From an uncultured Chloroflexia bacterium (lineage in GTDB: Bacteria > Chloroflexota > Anaerolineae > B4-G1 > SLSP01): a stretch of DNA of 64,000 nucleotides. Shown piece by piece: positions 31,361-43,032 of the stretch (position 1 is the first letter of the stretch; every line of letters starts with the position of its first letter). The stretch is from assembly GCA_963751345.1 (NCBI GenBank), contig CAVVUS010000011.1, positions 352,001-416,000 on the forward strand. Direction: 5' to 3'. Under the pieces are notes generated by a model, which worked only from the letters and a program-made list of their open reading frames with translations, searched no databases and was not told where the DNA came from. The position numbers and the translations under genes are program-made.

Positions 31361-33252
31361 CTACGCGTCCAGACAGCCAAGCAGAGCGTCGATCAGCCGG
31401 TCTTCATCGACGATGCCTGCGGGCAGGGGCCAGCCCCGCGCGATGAGCGCCTCGGCGACCTGAGTGGCTATGGGCTGTTCGAGCCCCCATTCCTGCAGTC
31501 GCTCTCGCTGCGAGAAGACCTCCGGGGCGCTGCCACCCGAAACCGTGGTCCCTTCCAGCATCACGGTGACGTGGTCGCAGAGGGCGGCAATGTCCTCCAT
31601 CTGGTGACTGGAGAGGACTAAGGTCATAGCGCCAGCAGCCTGGCGGGCGCCAGCAGCTTGGCAGGGCGCCTGGCGGCACTGCAGGTGCGCCAGGCGCGTC
31701 TCAGGTGCGCCGGCGCCCCCGTCGGGGTGGGGCATTGCGTGCCCATCTCCTTCCTGCCCGAACCGGCGGAGCTGGGCGAGAAGCTCATGTCGTGAGGCGG
31801 GGTCCAGGCCGGCCGTGGGTTCGTCGAGCAGGAGGACCGCAGGGCGGAGGGCGAGAATGGAGGCCAACGCGACCTTGCGTTTCTCCCCCCCGCTCAACGC
31901 AAACGTCAGTCGATCCTTGAAACCCTCGAAATCGAGCCCCACCAGGCCCATCGCCCACCGGACACGCTCCCTGAGCGCCTCCCCGTCGAGCCCTGCCAGG
32001 CGAGGGCCGTAGGCGATCTCGTCGCCGACGTATTGCTCGAAGATCTGTGTCTCCGGCATCTGGAAGACAAGGCCCACCATGTGGCGCATCGCGCTGATGT
32101 CGTCGGCAGCGGCCCGCTCACCGCCTCGGAATATGAGACCGTCAACCCGAACGGTGCCCTCCTGGGGGCGCAGCAGAGCGTTGAGGTGCTGCAGCAGCGT
32201 CGACTTCCCGGCTCCCGTGGCTCCGATCAGGCCGTGAGCGCTCTGCGGACCTACGGCGAGGTTCACGTGCTCCAGCGCGCGTTGTGCGAAGGGCGTGCCC
32301 CGCATATAGACGTGACCCAGATCGGTGACCTCGATGATGTCAGGTTGCCGGCCTGGAATTGCGGCGACCGCGTTCCCTGCCGCGTCTTGGGGTCCCGGCT
32401 TCGTCCGGCCGTGCTCGGACCTCCCACCCAACGCTGCCGCCAGGTCGTCGACCGTGTACAGCCGGGCGGGTAGGGTCCGGAATCCGAGACCGCAGGATGT
32501 CGGCCAGCCGTGCGACCACCGGCACATCGAGCCCGAGGTTCTGCAAGAGACCCCTCTCGGCAAACACGACCGCCGGGCGATCGTCGAGCACCACGCCGCC
32601 CGCGTCGATCACGACGACGCGATCGGCATCGAGCGCTTCCTCCATGACGTGGGTAATCGTGATGATCGTCATACCCTGCCGGTTCAGCTCGGCCATCAAC
32701 TGCCGGACCACGCGCTTGCCCACCGGGTCAAGCATCGCCGTCGCTTCGTCGAAGACAATGCATCGCGGCCGCATCGCCAGAACGCCCGCCAGCGCCAGGC
32801 GCTGCATCTGCCCCGCCGAGAGCATTGTAGGGCGGACGCGTCCGCTCCTCCCAGAGCCCCACGGTCTCCAGCGCATTCCTGACCCGCGCCCGGATCTCGT
32901 CGCGTGGCAGTCCGAGATTCTCCGGCCCGAACGCCACGTCGTCTTCGGCGACGGTGGCGACCACCTGATCCTCGGGGCGCTGGAAGACCATGCCGACGGT
33001 CCGCCGGATCTCCGGGTGGTTTTCCGGCTGTCGCGTGTCGAGACCCGCGACGGTCACGCGCCCTTGATCGGGGAGCAACAGAGCATTGAGATGGCGGGCC
33101 AACGTCGACTTCCCGGAGCCGTTGGCCCCGATCATGGCGACGTATTCACCCTCATCTATTTGCAGCGAAAGGTCTCGCAGCGCGGGGCGTGAGGTGCCGT
33201 CGCGAGCCTGGTAGGCGTACGTCACCTGGTCGACCGAGATCAATGAACTCAC
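31361..33252 (-). CDS. ecfA: ECF transporter fused double ATPase (A1-A2), frameshifted
   Basis: GANGSGKST and GATGAGKST; FQRPEDQ and FQMPETQ; LSAGQ and LSGGE across three ORFs. Confidence 0.88.
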
Positions 33253-33259
33253 ACCACAG

Positions 33260-33318
33260 AGTATAAAGGGCGACGGTTGGACGTCAACGCGTGTCGTCAG
33301 CGGGCACGCTGGTATAAT
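33260..33318. promoter_or_regulatory. Divergent promoters for ecfA (-) and panT (+)
   Basis: Minus: TTGACG-16-TATACT ending 7 nt before GTG 33252; plus: TGGTATAAT 33310-33318. Confidence 0.65.
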
Positions 33319-33385
33319 GAGCGGGGGAAAACCGGGTCGGCAACTTTCTGCCGCCTCGGGTCACAAGGAAAGGATGCAGGCGACG

Positions 33386-33943
33386 ATGTCAAGTGATAGA
33401 ACACGCAAGATTGTGATTGCCGGTGTCTTGGGGGCCATCTCAGCACTGTTGGGGTGGACGCGTCTGGGCTTCATTCCGTGGTTCTCGGGTGCCTCGTTGA
33501 CGATCATGCACGTCCCGGTCATTATCGGTGCGGTCCTTGAGGGCCCGTGGGTTGGGTCGGCCATCGGCCTGATCTTCGGCGCCTTCAGTATGCTTCAGGC
33601 TGCCATTGCCCCGAATGGGCCGACCGATGTGTGGTTCACAAATCCGCTGCTGTCGGTGTTGCCCCGGCTCTTCATCGGGCCGTTGGCCTGGCTCGCGTAT
33701 CGCGGGCTCAAGCGTTGGCCCGTGCCTGCACTCATCATTGCCGGTATCGTGGGAAGCGTGACCAACACGGTCCTGGTGCTTGGGATGATCGGTCTGCTCG
33801 GTGACCTGCCGTGGCAGGCCCTGCCCGCCATCGCGCTGGCCAACGGCGTTCCCGAGGCCATCGCGTCTGCGGTCATTGTGCTGGCTGTCGTGGCTGCCTG
33901 GCGCCAGATCCGCGTCGGATCGAAGCAGGGCTCAAAGCTCTAG
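33386..33943 (+). CDS. panT: ECF S component, PanT (pantothenate)-like
   Basis: LGFIP..TIMHVPVIIGAVLEGP..GLIFG..SVLPR..GSVTNTVLVL..NGVPEA. Confidence 0.75.
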   Translation: MSSDRTRKIVIAGVLGAISALLGWTRLGFIPWFSGASLTIMHVPVIIGAVLEGPWVGSAIGLIFGAFSMLQAAIAPNGPTDVWFTNPLLSVLPRLFIGPLAWLAYRGLKRWPVPALIIAGIVGSVTNTVLVLGMIGLLGDLPWQALPAIALANGVPEAIASAVIVLAVVAAWRQIRVGSKQGSKL

Positions 33944-33970
33944 TTCCGACCTGCTACTTTGGGTGACCTC

Positions 33971-34014
33971 TGGAGTTTCTTGTCGGGCAGGCACCCGCCC
34001 GACAAGAAACTCCA
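33971..34014. repeat. Perfect 18-bp inverted repeat after panT
   Basis: TGGAGTTTCTTGTCGGGC / GCCCGACAAGAAACTCCA. Confidence 0.8.
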
Positions 34015-34217
34015 AAAAGGCCTCAGCGCGAACGCAGATTCCCCCGGTCTGACCCCTCTCGTCGATTTTTCTCGCCGCGTTCCCTCGCGCCTCCGCGTAA
34101 CTTCCCGTGGGTCGGGGTGTATTAACGTGTTGAGCGCGATCTTGGCTAGCGCCGGGTCGCGCTCGAGTTGTGGCGCCGGGCCGGGGCCACCGATACCGAT
34201 AACCGACAAGGGGAGAC

Positions 34218-35786
34218 ATGACGGAGACGACAACCCTCTCACGATCCGTGACCGAGGCAGCACTGGAGGAGAGACGTGCCGATGCTCGCCAGGGTGGCGG
34301 ACAGGCCCGGATCGATCGTCAGCACGCCAAGGGCAAACTCACGGCGCGGGAGCGGATTGAGGCGCTGCTCGATCCGGGTACGTTCACCGAAGTCGGGACC
34401 TTCATTGCACACCGGGCTACCGGTTTCGGGATGGAGAGTTCTCATCCGGCGGGTGACGGGGTGGTGACCGGCTCCGGGATGATTGACGGACGTCCGGTCT
34501 GCGTCTTCGCCCAGGACTTCACCGTGTTGGGTGGCTCCGTGGGCGAAGCGCACGGGCGCAAGATCGCCAGGATCATGGAGATGGCGCGCCAGACCGGCGT
34601 CCCCCTGATTGGCCTCAATGATTCCGGCGGCGCGAGGATCCAGGAGGGCGTGGATGCCTTGGCCGCCTACGGTGAGATCTTCTACCAAAACGTGCAGGCC
34701 TCTGGCGTCATCCCCCAGATCTCCGTGATTCTCGGGCCCTGCGCCGGCGGCGCGGTCTACTCGCCGGCGATTACCGACTTCATCGTTATGGTGTCGCAGA
34801 CGTCTCACATGTTCATCACGGGCCCACAGGTGATCCGGGCCGTGACGCACCAGGAGATCGACTTCGAGTCATTGGGTGGGGCGGCGATCCACGGCGGGGT
34901 GAGCGGCGTCGCCCATCTTGTGGCCGCCGATGAGGAGATCGCCCTGTCGCAGGTGCGCTGGCTGCTCTCCTTTCTCCCCCAGAACAACCTGGATCCGGCG
35001 CCCTACTATCCTTCGGATGACGATCCCAACCGCGAGACCCCCGAGCTTTCCGGCGTGGTCCCGGATGACCCGCAGTATCCCTATGACGTCAGGGCCATTA
35101 TCGAGAGGCTCGTGGACGATGGAGAGTTCCTTGAGGTTCAGGAAGCCTATGCGCAGAACATGGTGGTTGGGTTCGCGCGGGTGGAAGGGTATCCGGTGGG
35201 CATCGTCGCCAACCAGCCGGATGTGCTGGCCGGCGTTATTGATATCAACGCCAGTGACAAGGGCGCGCGCTTTGTCCGTTTCTGTGATGCCTTTCACCTG
35301 CCGCTGGTGACGTTGGTGGACACGCCCGGCTTTCTTCCCGGCGTCGAGCAGGAGCATGGCGGGGTCATCCGCCACGGCGCGAAGTTGCTCTACGCCTACG
35401 CGGAAGCCACGGTGCCAAAGGTCTCACTGGTCCTCCGCAAGGCCTATGGCGGCGCCTACATCGTGATGAGTTCAAAGCATCTTCACGGCGACGTCAACCT
35501 TGCGTGGTCCGGAGCGGAGATCGCCGTCATGGGGCCGGAGGGCGCGGTCAATATCGTCTTCCGAACCGAGTTGGCTGAGGCAGAAGATCCGGCGGCGAAA
35601 CGGGCGGAGCTGGTTCAGGCCTATCGCGGCGAACTCGCCAATCCCTTCATCGCGGCGTCCCGCGGCTACCTCGATGACGTGATCTCGCCTGCCGAGAGCC
35701 GGTCCCGTATCGCTGCTGCGCTGCGACTCCTGCGGAACAAGCGCGAGAGCACGCCCAAGCGCAAGCACGGGAATATCCCACTCTAG
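34218..35786 (+). CDS. Acyl-CoA carboxylase carboxyltransferase (PccB/MmdA type)
   Basis: GKLTARERI, GDGVVTG, DSGGARIQEG, GPCAGGAVYSPA, RKAYGGAY, KRKHGNIPL. Confidence 0.95.
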   Translation: MTETTTLSRSVTEAALEERRADARQGGGQARIDRQHAKGKLTARERIEALLDPGTFTEVGTFIAHRATGFGMESSHPAGDGVVTGSGMIDGRPVCVFAQDFTVLGGSVGEAHGRKIARIMEMARQTGVPLIGLNDSGGARIQEGVDALAAYGEIFYQNVQASGVIPQISVILGPCAGGAVYSPAITDFIVMVSQTSHMFITGPQVIRAVTHQEIDFESLGGAAIHGGVSGVAHLVAADEEIALSQVRWLLSFLPQNNLDPAPYYPSDDDPNRETPELSGVVPDDPQYPYDVRAIIERLVDDGEFLEVQEAYAQNMVVGFARVEGYPVGIVANQPDVLAGVIDINASDKGARFVRFCDAFHLPLVTLVDTPGFLPGVEQEHGGVIRHGAKLLYAYAEATVPKVSLVLRKAYGGAYIVMSSKHLHGDVNLAWSGAEIAVMGPEGAVNIVFRTELAEAEDPAAKRAELVQAYRGELANPFIAASRGYLDDVISPAESRSRIAAALRLLRNKRESTPKRKHGNIPL

Positions 35787-35792
35787 GGGCTC

Positions 35793-37385
35793 ATGAAGAT
35801 GAAAGTCCTGGTGGCAAACAGAGGCGAGATCGCGGTGCGCATCTTGCGGGCATGCCGAGATCTGGGGTTGCCGAGTGTCGCGGTCTATTCGGAGGGCGAC
35901 CGCGAGGCCCTGCACACACGGTATGCCGACGAGGCCCTGCTGATCGGTCCCACTACAGCGGCCGAGAGCTATCTCAGGATCTCCACGTTGATCGAGGCCG
36001 CGCGCAGGTGCGGCGCCGATGCCATTCATCCCGGCTATGGTTTTCTGTCTGAGAACGCGGAGTTCGCCGAGGCCGTGGAGGATGCCGGCATGGCCTTCAT
36101 TGGGCCGCGACCGGAGACGCTGGCAATGACCGGGGACAAAGTGGTCGCCCGCAGGATCGCCCGCGAGGCCGGTCTGCCGGTGCTAGGGGGACCGGACCAT
36201 GCGGTCGAGTACGACCGGGCGGCCGAGTACGACCGGGCGGTCGAGTATGGCGGGCGGTCGACGACGGGCGGACGGCGACGGACAGCACGGTGGCTGCGGC
36301 GCGCGCTGCGATGGACGGGCTTTCGTACCCGGTGCTGGTGAAGGCCGTCGCCGGCGGCGGTGGGCGGGGGATTCGATTGGCGCGCAGCGCCGACGAACTG
36401 CTTCCAATGATTGCTGCCGCCCGCAGGGAAGCCATGGCTTCCTTTGGCGACGATGGTGTCTACCTTGAGCCCCTGGTCGAGCACGCGCGTCACATTGAGG
36501 TCCAGATTCTCGGGGACGGCCAGGGCAAAGTCCTGTGCCTTGGCGAACGTGAGTGTTCTATCCAGCGTCGCCGCCAGAAGCTTATTGAAGAATCCCCCGC
36601 TCCCGGCCTCACGGAGAGCCAGCGCTCTTTCCTGATGGAGGCTGCGATGCGCCTGGGTGCGGCCCTGCGATACCGCAGTCTGGGCACCGTGGAGTTTCTT
36701 CTCGATAGGGCCGGTGCCTTCCATTTCATCGAAATCAATCCCCGTATCCAGGTGGAGCATCCGGTCACCGAGATGGTCACCGGCATGGACCTCGTCAAAG
36801 AGCAACTGAGATTGGCTGCAGGGCGCCCCCTGCGGTGGCGCCAGGAGCAAATCTCCCCGCGGGGTGCGGCCATCGAGGCGCGGGTGCTGGCCGAAGATCC
36901 CACCAGCAACCACGGCACGAGCTTCCTGCCCACGATCGGGGAGATCACTTATCTCAAAGAGCCCGGGGGCCCCGGCATCCGGGTGGACAGCGCCTTGTAC
37001 CAGGGGATGCACGTGACCACGGACTATGACTCCTTGCTGGCGAAGGTAGATTGCGTGGGGTGAGTCGCGCGCGGTCGCCCTGTTGAGGTTGCGTCGAGCC
37101 CTGCGTGAGTTCCAGATTGGCGGCGTGGTGACCGATCTGGAGTTCCTGCTGCAGATTCTTGAGAGCGTGCCCTTTATGACCGCCAGGCTGGACACGACCT
37201 TCCTGGATGGTTTTGTGCCACCGCAGCCCGAGCATTCCCCGGCATCGGAATCCGAAATCGCCGCCGCTGCGGCCTTCTTGGCGCACCGGCGACGTGCGGT
37301 GGTCGTTCCTCTACCGAAGAGGAACGCCGGGAGTCTGGATGGCGCGGCTGTGTGGCGCGCCAGCGCCTGGCGAGAGCAGATGTAG
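35793..37385 (+). CDS. Biotin carboxylase, frameshifts near 36250 and 37050
   Basis: [49 protein letters not shown]. Confidence 0.9.
36201..36253 (+). repeat. 18-bp coding tandem repeat (AVEYDR)
   Basis: GCGG(T/C)CGAGTACGACCGG x2 plus a degenerate 17-nt third unit. Confidence 0.75.
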
Positions 37386-37450
37386 CCAACCACCCCTGAG
37401 CCTGGCCCTAGGGCCAGGTCACGCAGGGCAATGGAAAGGAAGAATAGGCC

Positions 37451-37955
37451 ATGACAATGTATGCTGTATCAGTCGGAGATCGTCAGTACTGCGTTGAAGT
37501 GCGGGAGTCGCAGCTACTCGTCGACGGTGAGCCTGTGAATTTCGAGCTGACATCGCTCAACGGGAATGGCATGCATCTCTTCCGGCAGGGCGAGCGCAAC
37601 ACCGAGATGTACTTCAAGGCTGTCGGCGACGATGACTACGAGGTCCACGTCCGAGGACACTACGTTGTGGCGCAGGTGGATCCGATGGGGGGACGCCGTC
37701 TCAAGCTGGGTGCGGGGCGCGCGCTCCGAGAAGGCGGCGGGTGACGTTACAGCCCCCATGCCGGGCCTGGTCGTGGATGTGCTGGTGCAAGCCGGTCAGG
37801 CGGTGGAGCAGGGAGACGTGCTGCTCACTCAGGAATCGATGAAGATGCAGATGCAATTGAGGGCGCCATTTGCCGGACGGGTCAAGGCCGTCCACGTGGC
37901 GCCGGGTGAGCAAGTGGACAAGGGCGCCCTGATGGTAGAGGTGCGTGCAGAGTAA
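37451..37955 (+). CDS. Biotin carboxyl carrier protein, frameshifted near 37710
   Basis: VTAPMPGLVV..ESMKMQ biotinylation motif. Confidence 0.88.
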
Positions 37956-37999
37956 GGCGTAAAGGACGGGGAATCGGGAATACCAAGGGAGACATAACG

Positions 38000-38540
38000 A
38001 TGGAAGAGGTGTTGGCAAGAGCTAATAGCCGGGGATGGACCCGGGCCGCCGTGAATACCGCAGCCGTGCTTGCGTGGGCCTATGTCATTGCGATCAGTTC
38101 GCAGGTTCGGCTGACGCTTCCTTTCAGCCCGGTGCCCATCACGGCCCAGACCCTGTTTGTGCTGCTGGGCGGCGCGCTGCTGGGGACGCGTCGCAGCGTG
38201 CTCTCTGTGGCTACCTATCTCATCGGCGGGGCGGTGGGGCTGCCGTTCTTCGCCGGTGGTGCGTTGGCCGGACCCACGGGTGGGTACCTGGTGGGATTCA
38301 TCGCGGCTTCCTATGTTGTGGGCACGCTGGTGGAGAGCGGATGGGGACGTCGCCCGACCACTGCGTTCGGCCGCGACTCTCCTTGGTAATATGGTAATCT
38401 ACCTCTTCGGCCTGCCGTGGCTGGCCGTGTACGTTGGGTGGGGACCGGTCCTCTCGCTGGGGCTGCTTCCCTTTGTCGCAGGAGATCTAGCCAAGGCGCT
38501 CTGCGCCTCGGGCCTCATCCTGGCACGATCTCGAGCCTGA
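38000..38540 (+). CDS. bioY: BioY biotin transporter, frameshifted near 38370
   Basis: PVPITAQT, GLPFFAGG..GPTGGYLVGF, PFVAGDLAK. Confidence 0.92.
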
Positions 38541-38629
38541 CGGTATTAGCGCGACCGTCCGCTGGCTGATCGCTGAAAGCTGAGAGCTATCACCTTTCAG
38601 CACACACCCTACAAAAGGACCATAACTCA

Positions 38630-41457
38630 ATGCAGATGTCACCTATTGCGATCGTCGGAAAAGCCGGCATCTTTGCCCAGGCTCACGACGCCCGCGAGTA
38701 TTGGCAGAACATCATCGACAAGATTGACTGCATCGCCGACGTTCCACCCTCGCGGTGGTCGATCGATGACTACTACGATCCCGATCCTCAGGCCCGAGAC
38801 AAGGTCTACTGCAAGCGCGGTGGCTTCATCCCGGATATCGACTTCAATCCGATGGAGTTCGGGATTCCCCCGAACCAGCTTGAGGTAACCGATGTCTCCC
38901 AGCTTCTGAGCTTGGTCGTCGCCCGCGACTTGCTGATCGATGCCCGGTATGGCGAGGAGTACGGTGGTCGGCCCTTCGACCGGGCGCGTGTGGGGGTTGT
39001 GCTGGGGGTCGCCGGAGGGCAGAAACTCATCACACCCCTGACCTCGCGGCTCCAGTATCCGGTCTGGGAACGCGTGCTGCGCAGCCATGGTCTGCCCGAG
39101 GATGAGGTAAGTGAGATCGTTGACAAGATCAAGCTCGCCTACGTCGAATGGAATGAGAACTCCTTCCCCGGCCTGCTGGGCAACGTGATCGCGGGCCGTA
39201 TCGCGAACCGCTTCGATCTGGGCGGGCTGAACTCGGTCGTCGATGCGGCTTGCGCCAGCAGCCTCAGCGCCATCAAGATGGCGGTGAGCCAGTTGGCCGA
39301 GGGGAGCGCGGAGATGATGATCACGGGTGGGGTGGACACCGACAACTCCCCCTTCTCGTTCATGTGCTTCAGCAAGACGCCGGCTTTCACGCCCGGCGAG
39401 GCTCCACGGCCCTTCGATGCCGACGCCGACGGTATGATGGTCGGCGAGGGGTTGGGCATGATTCTGCTCAAGCGATTGGCTGATGCCGAGCGCGATGGGG
39501 ACAGGATCTACGCCGTGATTCGGGGCATCGGTGCCTCCAGTGACGGGCGTTACAAGAGCATCTACGCGCCCCGACCGGAGGGGCAGGCGCTGGCCACGCG
39601 TCGAGCTTACGAGCAGGCCGGTGTGGATCCGCTGAGCGTTGGGCTCGTCGAGGCGCACGGCACCGGCACACGTGCCGGCGACCCCGCCGAGTTTGAGGGG
39701 CTCGTACAGGTCTTCGGGTCGGCTAATGGCAAGGGGCAGCACATTGCCCTCGGCAGTGTGAAGTCACAGATCGGCCACACCAAGGCGGCAGCGGGCGCCG
39801 CCGGCCTGATCAAGGCCGCTATGGCGCTGGACCAGAAGGTGCTACCTCCTACCCTCCACGTCACACAGCCCAACCCGAAGCTGGGCATTGACGATACGCC
39901 GTTCTATATCAACACCGCCAGCCGCCCCTGGATTCAGCCTGAGGGTGCAGGCCCGCGGCGCGCGGGTGTAAGCGCCTTCGGGTTTGGCGGAACGAATCTC
40001 CACGTCGTGCTGGAGGAGTATAGTGCGGACCATGCGCTCGCGGACGAGCGTGCGCGCCGCGGGTGGACGGGCGGATAGCTTACCGGATCAACCGTGTGAC
40101 TCAGCCGGTTGTCCTGGTCGCTGCAACGCCACAGGCGCTGCTCGAGCGCTGTGAGCAGCTTCTGGCGGCCATGGAAGGCCAGGGCGAGGCGGCGATGGCT
40201 GCCTATCAGGAGGTCACGCAGGCCGGCAAGGCTCCTGAGATACCTGCGGACGCTGCCCGGCTCGGCTTTGTCGCTGACACCTTGGAGGAGGCCAGGGGGC
40301 TTCTGAAGAGCGCCGTCACGACACTGCGGGCCCGTCTGGACGCTGAGAGCTGGGACCACCCCAAGGGAATTACCTACCGGCGCACGGGAATGGCGACAGA
40401 GGGACATCTTGTCGCGTTGTTCCCCGGGCAGGGCTCACAGTATCTCAACATGGGCGCCGATCTTGCGATGAACTTCCCCCCGATCCGCGAGATGTACGCC
40501 CGGATGGACGCCCTTTTCCTCGACGAGGGGCTGACCCCCTTGTCGACGGTCGTCTTCCCGCCGCCTGTCTTCGACAAGGAGAGCGAGAAGCTGCAGGATG
40601 AGGCGTTGCGGGCCACGGACTACGCCCAGGCCGGGATCGGTGTGTTCAGCGCCGGGCTCTTCAAGCTGCTGGCCGGAGCCGGGTTCCGGCCTGATTTCAC
40701 GGCCGGCCACAGCTTCGGCGAGCTGTCCGCTCTGTGGGCCGGCGGCATCCTGAGCGAGGACGATTTCCTGAAATTGGTCAAAGCGCGTGGCAAAGCTATG
40801 TGCCCACCCGATGACCCCGATTTCGACGCCGGAAGCATGGCCGCCGTCCAGGGCGCACTTCCGGAGATCGAGAACGTGATCGAGGCCTTTGAGAACGTCA
40901 TTATCGCCAACCAGAACTCGAATACGCAGGTGGTGATCGCCGGTCCGACGGAAGACGTCCGGCTTGCGGGCGAGGCCCTCGGTGCAAAAGGCATCAAGGC
41001 CACGATCCTTCCGGTCTCTGCGGCATTCCACACGCCGGCAGTTGGCCACGCGTCCGAACCGTTTGCCAAAGCCGTGATGCCTACCACCTTCCACAAGCCT
41101 CGGGCCGTCGTCTTCTCGAATACGACGGGAGACCCCTATCCAGGGGAGGACGATGCTGAGGCCGCCAAGTCATTGCTCGCCAACCACATCCTCAATCCCG
41201 TGCTTTTCAAGCGACAGATCGAGCGCATCTATGAGGCCGGCGGGCGCATCTTCGTGGAGTGTGGGCCACGGCGCATCACGACAGGACTGGTCGAGGACAT
41301 TCTCGGAGCTGCTGCGGATGGCGGGGAATTCGTAGCCGTAGCACTCAACGCAAGCCGCACCGCATCAAGTGACCGGCAATTCCGCGAGGCCGTGGTCCGG
41401 CTGCGGGTCGCCGGCCTCAACCTTGGCGACGTCGATCCTTACGAGCTGGCGGCGTAG
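38630..41457 (+). CDS. PfaA/HglE-like KS-AT, frameshifted near 40070
   Basis: DAACASS, EAHGTGT, KSQIGHTKAAAG, FGFGGTN; AT FPGQGSQ, GHSFGE, AAFHT. Confidence 0.92.
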
Positions 41458-41484
41458 CGGCACAAAGAAGCCGGGAGGATAGGT

Positions 41485-43027
41485 ATGGCATACAAAGTAA
41501 AACTCAATGGAAGCAACTACGTAAGTGACAATCGGGTTCAGGCTTTTCAGCAGTCCCTGACGGAAGGCCGTCCGGCTGACGGCGGCAGGCAGAGCAGCCA
41601 TCAGCAGCCGGCTGCGGCACAGGCAGAGGTGCGAACGCCCCCACCTGCAGCTCCGGAGCCGGCGAACGGCGCTCCTGCGATCTGCCGGGGGTTCACCGCC
41701 GGCTGGGGTGGCACCCCAGGTCATGCAACCGTCGGTGGACTACTCACAGGTGCTTGAGAGCCTGGAGCGAGGGTTGGCACAGTCCTACGAACACCAGAGC
41801 GAAACGCTGCGGGTTCACCAGTACTACCTCAACAACGAGGCGGCCTACGCCAGCATCTTCTCACAGCTCATGGACCAGGAGAGCAAGCTCATGCTGGAGG
41901 GGGCCGCATCACCCGAGCGGTCTGAGGTCGTGCTCAACGTGCTCGAGACCTTGACACACAGCGTGGAGCAGTTCCACACACACCAGACTGAGACGCTCAA
42001 CGTGCACAGCCAGTTCCTGAACCAGCAGGCAACCTATGCTGAGGCCTTCGTTGAACTCCTGCAGGACCATTACGGTACGGTGCTGCACGGCACCAATGGC
42101 AACGGGAACGGTAACGGCAATGGTCACGGGAATGGGAATGGCCATGGCTCGGGTAACGGGAACGGACACACGTCCGAGGCAACGGTGCAGGCCAAAGCCA
42201 CGGCCGGCCGGGGCAATGGCAATGGGCACGACCCCGCGCTGGGTCAGCCGCTTGCCGCCCAGCTCAACGCCGCGGCGCCTGTCGTAAGTCCACCGGCACC
42301 CGCTGTCAGGCCCGGTGTGCCGCAGCAGGCGATAGCGACCGCTGCGGTAGCGCCTCAGACGGCGGTGGCGCCTCAGACGGCGGTAGCGCCTCAGACGGCG
42401 GTAGCTGCCGCCCCTGCGACAACACAGGCCCCCGCCATCAGTGCCGAGGCACTTTCAGCGTCGCTGCTTGACATCGTCAGCGACAAGACGGGCTACCCGG
42501 CCGAGATGCTCGACCTCGATATGGACATGGAGGCGGACCTGGGCATCGACTCCATCAAGCGCGTTGAGATTCTGGGTGCGCTCCAGGAGGCCTATCCGGA
42601 AATGCCGGAGGTGGAGACCGACGCGCTGGCCGAGCTGCGCACGTTGGCTCAGATCGTGGCCTATACAGGGAGCCGGCTGCCATCCGGTGCGCCGGTTGAG
42701 ACGGTCGTCCCTGATGCGGTCGCCTCCGAGCCGGCGCAAGTGGCTCCCGAGCCCGCTACCGCAGCAGTGGATGTCGACGCACTTACTGAGGACCTGCTGG
42801 CGATCGTAAGCGACAAGACGGGCTACCCTGCGGAGATGCTCGAGCTCGATATGGATATGGAGGCCGACCTGGGGATCGATTCCATCAAGCGCGTCGAGAT
42901 CCTCGGCGCACTCCAGGAACAGCATCCTGAGCTGCCCGAGGTGGAGGCGGATGCCCTCGCCGAGCTCCGGACGCTTGCCCAGATTCTGGGCTATATGCAG
43001 GAAAGGACGGCACCAAAAAAAGCCTGA
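41485..43027 (+). CDS. PfaA-like linker with two tandem ACP domains, frameshifted near 41700
   Basis: KLNGSNYVS; two VSDKTGYPAEML..DMEADLGIDSIKRVEILG domains; GGAGG RBS. Confidence 0.88.
42344..42405 (+). repeat. 18-bp coding tandem repeat (AVAPQT)x3
   Basis: GCGGT(A/G)GCGCCTCAGACG x3. Confidence 0.85.
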
Positions 43028-43032
43028 AGCGG

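Noticed and set aside
41455-41457. Pyrrolysine or other recoding of the in-frame TAG
   Set aside because: No pyl genes in the window, the site is a non-catalytic linker, and a good restart RBS explains it more simply
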